Shown here in pieces: positions 53,231 through 62,601 of a stretch of DNA of 64,000 nt. Position 1 is the first letter of the stretch. Each line of letters starts with the position of its first letter. This DNA is from Candidatus Saccharimonadota bacterium. GTDB lineage: Bacteria; Patescibacteriota; Saccharimonadia; Saccharimonadales; Saccharimonadaceae. Below the pieces are notes generated by a model. The model was not told the DNA's origin, did not search any database, and saw only the letters and a list, made by a program, of their open reading frames with translations. The stretch spans positions 8,678 to 72,677 of the forward strand of contig JAFWMO010000010.1 of assembly GCA_017510705.1 (NCBI GenBank), given 5' to 3'. A program made the translations under genes and the position numbers.

Positions 53231-53842
53231 ATGGACGGGCAAACATATCTAAGCCAAATCTCTGGCGACGTGAGGCCAGAGAAAAAAAGTGCTTCTAATA
53301 TTTTTAAGTCAAAATTTTTTATTGTGGGGGCAATTGGTGTAGGAGGACTACTGCTTCTTATGCTGCTTGGGCTAATTTTGGGCGGTGGTGGGAAAAGCCT
53401 AGAAGATCAAGCTGTAACTTTGAAGCTTCGTCTGGATAATACTGCGGAAATGGTTTCTGAATACCAGCCTAGTATCAAATCTTCTGATCTTCGTTCTGTT
53501 TCGGCATCTTTTAATGGCATAATTACGAACACTGGCAAGGAGCTAACGGATTATCTTGCTGAAGCATACAACTTCAAAGACAATGCGAAAAAAAGCATCC
53601 AAGAAGATGAGGATTTACACAAAGATGGTTTGAACGAAGAATTGTTTAAGGCAAAGATTACGGGTGTGCTAGATAGAATTTATGCGCACAAAATGGCTTA
53701 CGAAATTTCTTTGATTGTAAATATGGAAAATAAATTAGCGAGTTCTACAAAGAGTGAAACTTTGAAGAACTTGCTAGAAACTTCTGACAAGAGCCTTAGA
53801 GTTATTTATGATAAATTTGATAATTTCTCTGAGGCGAATTAA
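53231..53842 (+). CDS. membrane-anchored hypothetical protein
   Basis: 203 aa with one TM helix ([24 protein letters not shown]). Confidence 0.55.
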   Translation: MDGQTYLSQISGDVRPEKKSASNIFKSKFFIVGAIGVGGLLLLMLLGLILGGGGKSLEDQAVTLKLRLDNTAEMVSEYQPSIKSSDLRSVSASFNGIITNTGKELTDYLAEAYNFKDNAKKSIQEDEDLHKDGLNEELFKAKITGVLDRIYAHKMAYEISLIVNMENKLASSTKSETLKNLLETSDKSLRVIYDKFDNFSEAN

Positions 53843-53856
53843 AAGAAAGGATGAAA

Positions 53857-54279
53857 ATGTCTAAAGAAGAAAATAAGGGTGGCAAAAGTGGAAAAGCCAA
53901 AGAAGCGTTGGCAAAAGTACACAAAGGCGGCTCAAGTTTTCGCCAAGAATTTATAGAGTTTATTAACCGTGGCTCGGTGGTGGATCTTGCGGTAGGTGTG
54001 GCAGTAGGTGGCGCATTTACTACAATCGTTAATTCCCTAGTAAACGATATTGTGATGCCAATCGTGGGGTTGATTGCCGGTGGCGTAGATTTTACCAACC
54101 TTGCAATTCGTATTCCAAATTTCTTTGGAACTGGTGACGAAGCCGTGATTGCCTATGGTAACTTTATCCAAAATGTAATTCAATTTTTGATTATTGCGCT
54201 TGTGATCTTTATGATTATCAAGGCAATGAATCGCATCAACCGCAAACGTGATGCAAAGAAAGCAAAAGCCGAACTCTAA
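53857..54279 (+). CDS. mscL: large-conductance mechanosensitive channel
   Basis: [44 protein letters not shown] is the MscL signature. AAAGGA SD precedes ATG 53857. Confidence 0.85.
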   Translation: MSKEENKGGKSGKAKEALAKVHKGGSSFRQEFIEFINRGSVVDLAVGVAVGGAFTTIVNSLVNDIVMPIVGLIAGGVDFTNLAIRIPNFFGTGDEAVIAYGNFIQNVIQFLIIALVIFMIIKAMNRINRKRDAKKAKAEL

Positions 54280-54572
54280 TCTTCTAAAGTAAGGTTGTAG
54301 CTAAGCCGGACGAGGTCGTTTACTTCGTCCGGTTTTAGTTGATCGCCAGCCAAAACAATTTCAATGCCGCCACGGCCAAAATAACGCGACTGCATAACGG
54401 ACTCGTATTTTTCTTCCAATAGTTTTGCGAGCTTGTCGTCTGTGCGAAGTTCAATAGTATTTTTATTTATCACGAGAAAAGCTTTGTCACCCTTATTGTA
54501 TATAGTGCGTTCTTTTTCTGGTTTTTCTGTGTATTCGCCGATACCGGTTACTTTAGAAATGTCAAATACCAT
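54276..54572 (-). CDS. MmcQ/YjbR-like small protein
   Basis: 98 aa. The pattern [23 protein letters not shown] resembles the YjbR family. Confidence 0.4.
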   Translation of the reverse strand: MVFDISKVTGIGEYTEKPEKERTIYNKGDKAFLVINKNTIELRTDDKLAKLLEEKYESVMQSRYFGRGGIEIVLAGDQLKPDEVNDLVRLSYNLTLED

Positions 54573-55072
54573 TTGAGCTCCTCTATGCTGCCATTAATAT
54601 CATCAAGTGCGCGGTGTGCGTCGCGCTTAGTAAACTTTTTGTCCAGGGCGTTTTCAAAATAAATCTTCCAGGCAGAAACATCAAGCATACGATAATGCAG
54701 GCGCTTGTTTAATTCTGGCATTTCGCGTTCAATAAACTTGCGATCCTGGTGAATAGAATTGCCGGCAAGATAAATTTCTTTACCAAAATACTTGTCTAAG
54801 AATTCTAATAGTTCCCTTTCTACTTCCGCGGCCGGCTTACCATTTTTGTTTTGTGCAACAAGGGCGTCGTAGGACTCTTTGTTTCTTTCCCAAAACTCGC
54901 CGACCATGCGCTCTTTTATTAGCTTGTCGTCTACTTTTACTACGGCTTCGTAGGTAGCAATTTCATTTAAGTCCATGTCTGTAGCGATAGCCGCGACTTC
55001 TAGAATCTTGTCTTTTACTGGTTCAAGGCCAGTCATTTCTAAATCAATCCAAAGTAGTTTTGCTTTTTTCAT
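54548..55072 (-). CDS. orn: oligoribonuclease
   Basis: LLWIDLEMTGLEPVKDKILEVAAIATD DEDDh exonuclease motif I; HRALDDI motif III. Confidence 0.85.
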   Translation of the reverse strand: MKKAKLLWIDLEMTGLEPVKDKILEVAAIATDMDLNEIATYEAVVKVDDKLIKERMVGEFWERNKESYDALVAQNKNGKPAAEVERELLEFLDKYFGKEIYLAGNSIHQDRKFIEREMPELNKRLHYRMLDVSAWKIYFENALDKKFTKRDAHRALDDINGSIEELKWYLTFLK

Positions 55073-56748
55073 TACATTTCCTCCGGGATTTCAATTCCCA
55101 AAATATTTAGTCCGTGAGTCATAACGTTCAAATATTTTTCTACAATCTTGGCGCGTTCGGCTTCTTCTGGGGCACCAGCGACTGGGCAATTTTCGTAAAA
55201 TCTAGAAAATTCTTGGGCGAGTTCGTAGAGGAAATTCGCAACTTTGTGTGGGGCCATCTCATTTACAGCTTCGGACAATACATCTTTATACCCCAAAAGC
55301 TTCTTCATTAAATTTCTTTCAAATGGCGTCAGAACATTCGCACGCGAACCGCTTCGCTCACGCCCATCGTTATGGGGTTCGCTTGCTAGAAGCTCCCCGT
55401 TGGTCGCTATGTTCGCTTTGCGAATGTTCTCGACGCCTGCGAGGATCTTTTTGGCGCGGACACAGGAGTAGAGGAGGTAAGGGCCGGAGTTGCCGGTCAT
55501 TTTGACCGATTCTTTTGGATCAAAGATGATGTTGCCGCCCATTTTATATTTCAAAAATGCGTACTTAGTGGCAGCGAGAGAGACTTTTTTGTCCTCGGAA
55601 TTATATTCGTTTTTTAACTCGTCTTTTACCATATTTAATACATCTACGGCTTTCAAGAAATTGCCTTTTCTGGAAGACATTTTGACATTGCCTGGGAGTT
55701 TGACGAGGCCGTGAGTTAGGTGAGTGGTCTTTTTTACAAGTTCTGGCGCATATTGTTCTATGGATTTCAAGACTACCTTCATGTATTCGAGCTGTTCGTT
55801 GCCAGTGATGACGACGGATTTATCAAAATGATAATCTTCCCACTTGGTGAAGATAAGACCAACATCCTTTGCCTCGTAAGTTGGGACACCTTCTTTGTTG
55901 ATAAACACGCGGGTATGGAGGCCGAATTTGTCACCATTGAAAATAACAGCGCCATCGCTCATTTCGTAAACGCCTTTTTCTAATTGTTCTTTTACTGTCT
56001 GGAGGCCAAGAGCGGCTACGGTAGATTCTGGGTAATACTTATCAAACTTGATACCAATGGTGGCGTAGAAATTTTTGAAATAATCGTAGGATAGTTCCCT
56101 GCCTTTCCAATAAAGGTCTGAGAGCTCGGTGCCATGGATGTCTTCGGCGTTTATCTTGTAAATCTCTTTGTTCAAATCGGTGATTTCGGCTTTGGCCTTA
56201 TCATCATCTTCGTAAGCGGTGGTGCCCTCAATATAACACTTGGCAATATCTTCGATAGTTAGGTCTTTGATGTCTTTTTGTTTTAAGATATACATGGTTT
56301 TGGCGACGTGAAGACCAACATCACCGCCGAAATTGGCACGAATTACGTTGGCGCCGGCGTACTCGTAAAGACGGCTGATGGAGTCACCCATAATGGAAGT
56401 GTAGAGATGCCCGACGTGCAGAACTTTGAATGGGTTTGGATCGCTAAATTCACAAATGATAGTCTTGCCCTCAAGGTCGCCGCAGGATAAATCTAGGGTA
56501 TCTATTGAATTCTTTAATGCATCGTCCGCAATGGTAAAGTTAATAAAACCTGGTGCAGTTGGAGTGCCGATATTCAATTCTTCGGCGATTTGCATCGGGG
56601 CTTTGTGAAGCACGCTAGCGAGCTTTAGAGGGGCGTTTGAGGAATAATCCGCGTCGATATTTGCCGGAGCAGCGGTAATTTCGGGATCAAAATCAAGGTT
56701 GTATAAATTTTTGATAGCATCTTTTAATTGGTTCTCTATCTCTTGCAT
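55072..56748 (-). CDS. argS: arginyl-tRNA synthetase
   Basis: The HVGH (HIGH) motif, MSSRKG (a KMSKS-like motif) and a DALR-type C-terminus. TGGTATAAT lies 6 nt upstream of the ATG. Confidence 0.9.
   Translation of the reverse strand: MQEIENQLKDAIKNLYNLDFDPEITAAPANIDADYSSNAPLKLASVLHKAPMQIAEELNIGTPTAPGFINFTIADDALKNSIDTLDLSCGDLEGKTIICEFSDPNPFKVLHVGHLYTSIMGDSISRLYEYAGANVIRANFGGDVGLHVAKTMYILKQKDIKDLTIEDIAKCYIEGTTAYEDDDKAKAEITDLNKEIYKINAEDIHGTELSDLYWKGRELSYDYFKNFYATIGIKFDKYYPESTVAALGLQTVKEQLEKGVYEMSDGAVIFNGDKFGLHTRVFINKEGVPTYEAKDVGLIFTKWEDYHFDKSVVITGNEQLEYMKVVLKSIEQYAPELVKKTTHLTHGLVKLPGNVKMSSRKGNFLKAVDVLNMVKDELKNEYNSEDKKVSLAATKYAFLKYKMGGNIIFDPKESVKMTGNSGPYLLYSCVRAKKILAGVENIRKANIATNGELLASEPHNDGRERSGSRANVLTPFERNLMKKLLGYKDVLSEAVNEMAPHKVANFLYELAQEFSRFYENCPVAGAPEEAERAKIVEKYLNVMTHGLNILGIEIPEEM
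55328..55434. repeat. palindromic GC-rich element inserted in frame in argS (member C)
   Basis: Terminal inverted repeats GTCAGAACATTCGCA and TGCGAATGTTCTCGAC. Internal pairs GCGAACC/GGTTCGC and CCCAT/ATGGG. It encodes ENIRKANIATNGELLASEPHNDGRERSGSRANVL. Confidence 0.65.
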
Positions 56749-56795
56749 AAATTAATTATACCATATTTATAGGGATATGTTATAATGGGGGTGTC

Positions 56796-56870
56796 GCGGG
56801 TATCGTATAACGGCTATTATGTATCCTTCCCAAGGATGAGACTGGAGTTCGACCCTCCATACCCGCACCA
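56796..56870 (+). tRNA. tRNA-Gly (anticodon CCC), CCA encoded
   Basis: GCGGGTA/TACCCGC acceptor, anticodon loop TTCCCAA, TGGAGTTCGACCCTCCA T arm. TGTTATAAT at 56778..56786. Confidence 0.85.
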
Positions 56871-56871
56871 A

Positions 56872-56892
56872 CGCCTGAGAGGGCGATTTTTT
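56872..56892 (+). terminator. intrinsic terminator after tRNA-Gly
   Basis: CGCCT gag AGGCG-type stem followed by TTTTTT. Confidence 0.6.
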
Positions 56893-57904
56893 ATTCTTGT
56901 TTTTCTGGAGATGGGGTAATAAATTCGGTGATTTTGCCGTCTGTGCGGAGAGCATTGAAACGTTTTTTGAATTCTGTGAATGGAACTTTGATGGAAACAA
57001 AATTAACTTCGCTTTCGGACTTTTTAATAAGTTTGACAAAATAGTAACCATCACCATTCATGGAAAGAAATCTGCCGCTTTCCTGGCCCGGCTCTAATTT
57101 CATAGCTTCGTTGGCGCGACCACCGTCAATGTTTTGGTTGGAAACCATCCCACCAGTTTCCTCATAATTAATGGCGGAGCCTAGAGCCTCGGCAATAGCT
57201 TTGTAGTCGCCACCGTTTGAAGCAAGCATAGATTCTACGCGTGCAGCGATTTTGTTGGCGTTCTCATCTATATTGATTTCAACTTTTGACTTGATGAGCG
57301 TGAGATAGAGCATCCGTTCGTATTCGCTTTTTGATAAATCAAAATTTTCGTCGATAATTTTGAGAAAACTCTCTTCGCTACGATCTACGCCGCCGATTTT
57401 GATGTGACGTTCAAATTCGGATTTTACTTCTTCGTCTGTGACTTCAATTTCTAATTCTTTGGCGAGTTCTAGGGCGTAGGTGTATTCTTCGGCTTCGTCC
57501 AAAGCTGCGCGACGATATTGTGCGCGAAGATCATCTAGGGACCCGCGGCTATCGTTTTGGCTGGATTGGCGTTCAATAGAAATAATACTGCTGCGATAAA
57601 GCATTAAATAATCTGAAAACAGAACATTATTACCATCTACTTCTGCGACTGGAACTGGCAAAATTTTGGTAACGCGAAAGAGCATTTCGTCTGTCATGTT
57701 GAAGCGGTAAAGGGCAAGCCAACCACTAGTGACAATAATGCCAAGCACAACAATCGTAATAAGAACTGTGTTAACCACTACGCGATGTTTGGTCCATTGA
57801 AGAGGATATTTAAACTTGCGGCCGGCGGCCAAGACTTCTTCGCGACGCTCCTCCACTTTCTCTTGTTCGGTTTTTTTGTCGTCTTTTCTCTTGATGAGTT
57901 TCAT
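56891..57904 (-). CDS. membrane-anchored SurA/PrsA-like chaperone or parvulin-type PPIase-like protein
   Basis: One TM helix, then a SurA-N-like helical region and a C-terminal parvulin-like segment (GGDYKAIAEALG..GYYFVKLIKK). TGCTATAAT lies 6 nt upstream of the ATG. Confidence 0.45.
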   Translation of the reverse strand: MKLIKRKDDKKTEQEKVEERREEVLAAGRKFKYPLQWTKHRVVVNTVLITIVVLGIIVTSGWLALYRFNMTDEMLFRVTKILPVPVAEVDGNNVLFSDYLMLYRSSIISIERQSSQNDSRGSLDDLRAQYRRAALDEAEEYTYALELAKELEIEVTDEEVKSEFERHIKIGGVDRSEESFLKIIDENFDLSKSEYERMLYLTLIKSKVEINIDENANKIAARVESMLASNGGDYKAIAEALGSAINYEETGGMVSNQNIDGGRANEAMKLEPGQESGRFLSMNGDGYYFVKLIKKSESEVNFVSIKVPFTEFKKRFNALRTDGKITEFITPSPEKQE

Positions 57905-57924
57905 GTTACAATTATAGCATTGTT

Positions 57925-58000
57925 GGCCCGGTAGCTCAATGGATAGAGCAATTCCGTCCTAAGGAAGAGGTTGCGCGTTCGACTCGCACCCGGGCTACCA
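57925..58000 (+). tRNA. tRNA-Arg (anticodon CCT), CCA encoded
   Basis: GGCCCGG/CCGGGCT acceptor, GCTCAATGGATAGAGC D arm, anticodon loop GTCCTAA, TTCGACT T loop. TGTTACAAT at 57904..57912. Confidence 0.8.
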
Positions 58001-58055
58001 TTTAGATACAATGCCTCCAGAGGGCATTTTTTAGTTGGGAGTCGGACCTTCGGTG

Positions 58056-58076
58056 CGACTCGCACCCGGGTCACCA
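58056..58076. repeat. partial copy of the tRNA-Arg 3' end
   Basis: CGACTCGCACCCGGG (15 of 15) followed by TCACCA, compared with CTACCA in the tRNA (57980..58000). Confidence 0.7.
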
Positions 58077-58106
58077 TTTTTTTTATGTCTGTGTTATAAT
58101 AAACTC

Positions 58107-58967
58107 ATGGATAAGCATAAGTGGGTTATTTGGTTGGGAGTGTTTATCGCTACGACGATTGGAATGGGCGTGAGTGTCTATTTTTCAATTCAGGGAGTTA
58201 GCGAGGCGGATTATATTGTAGAAACAAATGCGTTTTTTGCGCCTTTTGAATTTTATGAAGATCGCAAAATTGTGGGGGTAGATATGGAAATTATTGACCG
58301 TACAGCCGAAAAACTTGGTAAAAAAATCCAAGTAAACAATGTGGAATTTGATGCAATTATCGACAACGTGGAGGCTGGCAAGATTGCAGATGCCGGTGCG
58401 GCTGGACTTACAATTACGCCAGCTCGCGAGGCAAAAGTAAACTTTACGATTCCTTATTATACGTCTTTGCAATATGTAATTTATAATGCAGAAAAATCAC
58501 CGGCACCAAGAAACGGCCATATGGTGTGGGAAGTCCTTGCCGGTAATAGAGTGGGCACGCAAACTGGTAGCACTGGATATATTTTTGTTTCAGAAGAGAT
58601 TGAGAATGGCGTGCTTGCCGGAACGGGCACAGCACTAAAAGGTTTGGACTCGCATCAACTTGCAGCTGACGCAATATTATCTAATATTATAGATTATGCG
58701 ATTGCTGATGAGCTGGCAGCTAAATTTATCGTAGAAAAAAATCCAGGCCTTAATGCGATGCCATTATATTATATGGGCGAAACCATAGCTGATGATTATC
58801 CGGTAGAAGAATCCTATGCAATCGCCGTAAACAAATCTAGGGGTGATTTACTGGCCGCGTTTAACGAGGTGCTGAGTGAAATGCTTACCGAGGATGAAAA
58901 TGGCGAGACTGAGATTGATCGTCTAGTATTAAAATATATGGGTTTTAATAACGAGGAGGGAGATTAA
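58107..58967 (+). CDS. amino-acid ABC transporter substrate-binding protein (family 3), membrane anchored
   Basis: The segment APFEFYEDRKIVGVDMEIIDRTAEKLGKKIQV..FDAII..GKIADAGAAGLTITPAR. TGTTATAAT lies 6 nt upstream of ATG 58107. The track start at 58035 reads through the tRNA-end repeat. Confidence 0.8.
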   Translation: MDKHKWVIWLGVFIATTIGMGVSVYFSIQGVSEADYIVETNAFFAPFEFYEDRKIVGVDMEIIDRTAEKLGKKIQVNNVEFDAIIDNVEAGKIADAGAAGLTITPAREAKVNFTIPYYTSLQYVIYNAEKSPAPRNGHMVWEVLAGNRVGTQTGSTGYIFVSEEIENGVLAGTGTALKGLDSHQLAADAILSNIIDYAIADELAAKFIVEKNPGLNAMPLYYMGETIADDYPVEESYAIAVNKSRGDLLAAFNEVLSEMLTEDENGETEIDRLVLKYMGFNNEEGD

Positions 58968-58968
58968 C

Positions 58969-59673
58969 ATGGATGGATTTTTTAATAAAATTGGCGAGCT
59001 CTTTTCTACGCCGGAATACATAAATTCTTTGCTACATGGGTTTTTGCTTACTTTGCAGATTGCGTATTTTGCGATTTTGATGGGGTTATTACTCGGAACA
59101 GTCATTGCTTTAATACAAACAGCTAAAAAATCCAAATTGATGATTCTGCCAAAATTTATCTGTAATCTGTATGTCACAATTATCCGCGGAACGCCAATGG
59201 CATTGCAACTGTTTATAATGTTTTTTGTGATTTTTGCAGTGAGAGGATTTCCGCAAATTATCATTGCGATAATAGCGTTTGGTTTAAATTCTGGGGCGTA
59301 TGTGTCTGAGGTAATCCGTGGTGGGATTTTGTCCGTAGACAAAGGCCAGACGGAAGCGGGCCTGGCGCTAGGGCTTTCTAGAACAACAATTTTCTTTAGA
59401 ATTGTAACACCTCAGGCGATTAAAAATATCATCCCGGCATTAGGCAACGAAATGACGACTGTAATTAAAGAGACCGCGATAGTGAGCATGGTGGGAATGT
59501 ATGACCTCAACATGGCAGCAAAAGACATTGGCTCGGGGCAAAATATGGCAAGTTATATCGTACCAATGGTGGTGGCGGCGCTATTTTATCTTGCTACAAT
59601 ATATTTAATAACCTTCGCTGTAAAACAAGTTGAAAAAAGTTTGAGAAAGAGTGACCTCAGAGTGGAGAAATAA
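58969..59673 (+). CDS. amino-acid ABC transporter permease (HisMQ family)
   Basis: NLYVTIIRGTPMALQLFIMFF and the EAA-like loop SVDKGQTEAGLALGLS. Confidence 0.85.
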   Translation: MDGFFNKIGELFSTPEYINSLLHGFLLTLQIAYFAILMGLLLGTVIALIQTAKKSKLMILPKFICNLYVTIIRGTPMALQLFIMFFVIFAVRGFPQIIIAIIAFGLNSGAYVSEVIRGGILSVDKGQTEAGLALGLSRTTIFFRIVTPQAIKNIIPALGNEMTTVIKETAIVSMVGMYDLNMAAKDIGSGQNMASYIVPMVVAALFYLATIYLITFAVKQVEKSLRKSDLRVEK

Positions 59674-59674
59674 A

Positions 59675-60397
59675 ATGAGCTTACTATCCGTGGTGAATTT
59701 AAGAAAAAATTATGGTGAAAATAAAGTTCTGCGTGGGGTGAATTTCGTGATGGAGGAAGGCGAGCGGGTGGTGGTGCTAGGACCAAGTGGTTCTGGTAAA
59801 TCTACATTTCTTAGAAGTATAAACCGCCTGGAAGAGCCAACGTCCGGTGATGTATATTTTAATGGCACGCTGATTACGGATAAAAATATCCGCAAAATGA
59901 GGCAGGATATCGGGATGGTATTTCAACATTTTAATTTGATAAATAATTTGACTATAATGGATAATTTAATTTTGGCGCCAGTCAAATTAAAATTGATGAA
60001 GCGTGACGAAGCCATAAAACGTGCCAAGCAGCTACTCCGGCACATTGGGCTGTCCGACAAAGCTGATGCCTTCCCTGCCAGTTTATCTGGTGGACAAAAA
60101 CAACGCATTGCGATAATCCGTGCAATGATGATGAGACCAAAACTTTTGCTATTTGATGAACCCACCTCGGCACTTGACCCAGAATCAATTGGTGAAGTGA
60201 TGTCTCTTATCCGTGAGTTGGCAGATGATGGAATGACCATTATGATAGTGACACACGAAATGAGTTTTGCGCGCGAGATTGCCACGAGGGTGGTATTTAT
60301 TGATGAGGGTAAAATTATCGAAGAGGGCGAGCCGGAGATTTTCTTCTCTCATCCAAAAACTCCTAGGGTACGAGAATTTCTAGAGAAAGTCTTGTAA
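59675..60397 (+). CDS. amino-acid ABC transporter ATP-binding protein
   Basis: GPSGSGKST Walker A, LSGGQKQRIAIIRA signature, LLLFDEPTSALD Walker B. The start is at ATG 59675 (GGAGAA SD). Confidence 0.9.
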   Translation: MSLLSVVNLRKNYGENKVLRGVNFVMEEGERVVVLGPSGSGKSTFLRSINRLEEPTSGDVYFNGTLITDKNIRKMRQDIGMVFQHFNLINNLTIMDNLILAPVKLKLMKRDEAIKRAKQLLRHIGLSDKADAFPASLSGGQKQRIAIIRAMMMRPKLLLFDEPTSALDPESIGEVMSLIRELADDGMTIMIVTHEMSFAREIATRVVFIDEGKIIEEGEPEIFFSHPKTPRVREFLEKVL

Positions 60398-60434
60398 CGT
60401 GATATAATATATATCAATATACAAAGGAGAAAAA

Positions 60435-61628
60435 ATGAAAGTATTATGCGTTAATGCTGGTTCGTCATCTTTAAAGTTCCAACTTTATGACATGCCTGCG
60501 GAAATATCTATTATCAGTGGTTATGTTGAAAAAATTGGTGCAAAAGATAGTTTTTATACTATCAAGCATGAAGGCAAGAAAACTGAAACCAAAAAGTTGA
60601 TTAACGACCATTCCGAAGCCGTGGCAGTAATGCTAGAGGAGCTTGTAAACTATGGTGCCGTAAAAGATTTATCCGAAATTCGTAGCGTAGGCCACCGTGT
60701 AGTTCATGGCGGTGAAAAATATGCAAAATCTGTACTTATCGACGACGAAGTATTAAAAGACATCAAAGAGTTTACCAAGTTTGCTCCGCTTCACCACCCA
60801 GGCAACATTGCTGGTATCAAAGCTATGCAAAAGGCACTTCCAGAGGCTACTCAAGTTGCCGTATTCGATACTGCATTCCACCAAACTATTCCAAAGATTC
60901 AATATATGTATCCTGTACCAATGAAGTGGTATGAAAAGTATGGCGTAAGAAAGTATGGTTTCCATGGTACTAGCCACAAATATATTACCGAAGTAATGCA
61001 GAAAAAGCTTGGTAAAGAAAACATTAACCTCATTATCTGCCACGTGGGTTCTGGCGCTAGTATTACCGCCGTAAAAGACGGTAAAAGCTATGATACTACT
61101 ATGGGGCTAACACCGCTTGACGGTCTGATGATGGGTACTCGTTCTGGCTCGATTGACCCATCAATTATTAAATATATGATTGATGAAGCCGGAATGACTT
61201 ATGACGAAGTAGACAATGCGCTTAACAAAAAATCTGGGCTTCTTGGCGTGTGTGGCTTTAATGACAACCGCGACGTAGAAAAAGCTATTGAAGAAGGTGA
61301 CGAGAATGCGCGCCTAGCACTTGATATGTATGTGGACCGTATAGACCGCTACATTGCAGAGTACTACCTAGAGTTAAATGGTGAGGTAGACGCAATTGTG
61401 TTTACGGCCGGCGTGCTAGAAAACGGTGCTGAGACCCGTGAGAGTATCATTGAGGGGCTTTCCCCGCTTGGGATTAAGATCAACAAAGAAGTAAATGACG
61501 CAATCGCAAGTTACAAAGAGATCACGAGCGGCATTATTACAGCAGAAGATTCTACGGTGCCAGTATATGTGGAGCCGACCAACGAAGAGATTATGATAAT
61601 TCGCGACGCATACAAATTGCATAAGTAG
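60435..61628 (+). CDS. ackA: acetate kinase
   Basis: MKVLCVNAGSSSLKFQLYDM, GHRVVHGG and FHGTSH motifs. AAAGGAG SD and TGATATAAT at 60400..60408. Confidence 0.9.
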   Translation: MKVLCVNAGSSSLKFQLYDMPAEISIISGYVEKIGAKDSFYTIKHEGKKTETKKLINDHSEAVAVMLEELVNYGAVKDLSEIRSVGHRVVHGGEKYAKSVLIDDEVLKDIKEFTKFAPLHHPGNIAGIKAMQKALPEATQVAVFDTAFHQTIPKIQYMYPVPMKWYEKYGVRKYGFHGTSHKYITEVMQKKLGKENINLIICHVGSGASITAVKDGKSYDTTMGLTPLDGLMMGTRSGSIDPSIIKYMIDEAGMTYDEVDNALNKKSGLLGVCGFNDNRDVEKAIEEGDENARLALDMYVDRIDRYIAEYYLELNGEVDAIVFTAGVLENGAETRESIIEGLSPLGIKINKEVNDAIASYKEITSGIITAEDSTVPVYVEPTNEEIMIIRDAYKLHK

Positions 61629-61648
61629 TCTCGTGTTATAATCTAATT

Positions 61649-62587
61649 ATGTATATATCCGATTTAATCGAAGATTTTCTTGAGCACCTGGAAATTGAAC
61701 AGGGGCGGAGCAAGCGGACGATTGAAAATTATAGGCTGTATCTAGAAAGATTTTTGGAAATTTCACAGGAGATATTAAACAAAGATGATGTAAAACCTTC
61801 TGATCTAAACCGTGAGCTTCTGCGTAAATATCGGCTAAAGTTAAACCGCTATGGATCCGAGAACGGTAATGAAGATTTTAAAGTAATTACGCAATCGTAC
61901 CACCTAATCGCTCTCAGGGGATTTTTGAAATATCTGACCAAACGCGAGATTAAATCGCTTGATCCTTCCCTGGTGGAGCTACCAAAAGTAGCTAGGAAAC
62001 AAGTTTCGTTTCTTCATTATGACGAAGTAGAGGATATGCTAAATGAAATTGATACTTCTACCGAATCCGGGCTGCGCGACCGTGCGATTATAGAGCTACT
62101 TTATTCTGGTGGTCTACGTGTGAGCGAGCTGGTGGGGCTAGATCGCGGAAGTATAAACCTAGAACGACGTGAATTTATGGTGCGCGGTAAAGGCAATAAA
62201 GACCGTCCGATTTTTATCAGCAAATCCGCAGCAATGCGGGTACAAGATTATTTAGACGCACGGACTGATTCCCTGGCACCACTGTTTCTGAATAATAGCA
62301 ATAATACGCAAGCGGTGGATACATCTGGCAATTACCGGAGGATTACAGCTAGGAGCGTGGAAAGAATCGTGGAAAAATATGCTAAGCTAGCGGGAATAGT
62401 AAAACACGTGTCGCCACACACTCTAAGGCATTCTTTTGCTACAGATTTACTTATGAACGGGGCGGACCTTCGTTCAGTACAGTCAATGCTGGGGCACGCA
62501 GATATTTCTACTACACAAATTTATACACACGTTACCGATGCGCACTTAAAAGAGGTACACGAAAAGTATCACTCAGATACGAAATAG
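61649..62587 (+). CDS. tyrosine recombinase, XerC/XerD family
   Basis: GLRVSELVGL, HTLRHSFATDLL and LGHADISTTQIYTHV catalytic R-H-R-Y motifs. TGTTATAAT lies 6 nt upstream of the ATG. Confidence 0.85.
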   Translation: MYISDLIEDFLEHLEIEQGRSKRTIENYRLYLERFLEISQEILNKDDVKPSDLNRELLRKYRLKLNRYGSENGNEDFKVITQSYHLIALRGFLKYLTKREIKSLDPSLVELPKVARKQVSFLHYDEVEDMLNEIDTSTESGLRDRAIIELLYSGGLRVSELVGLDRGSINLERREFMVRGKGNKDRPIFISKSAAMRVQDYLDARTDSLAPLFLNNSNNTQAVDTSGNYRRITARSVERIVEKYAKLAGIVKHVSPHTLRHSFATDLLMNGADLRSVQSMLGHADISTTQIYTHVTDAHLKEVHEKYHSDTK

Positions 62588-62601
62588 GTAAGTGGCGAAT
62601 G

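Noticed and set aside
56767-57057. 96-aa minus-strand ORF
   Set aside because: It overlaps tRNA-Gly and the 3' end of the real 337-aa gene in another frame, so it is spurious.
58035-58106. N-terminal extension of the ABC substrate-binding protein
   Set aside because: It reads through the tRNA-Arg 3'-end copy and lies upstream of the TGTTATAAT box. ATG 58107 fits the leaderless pattern.
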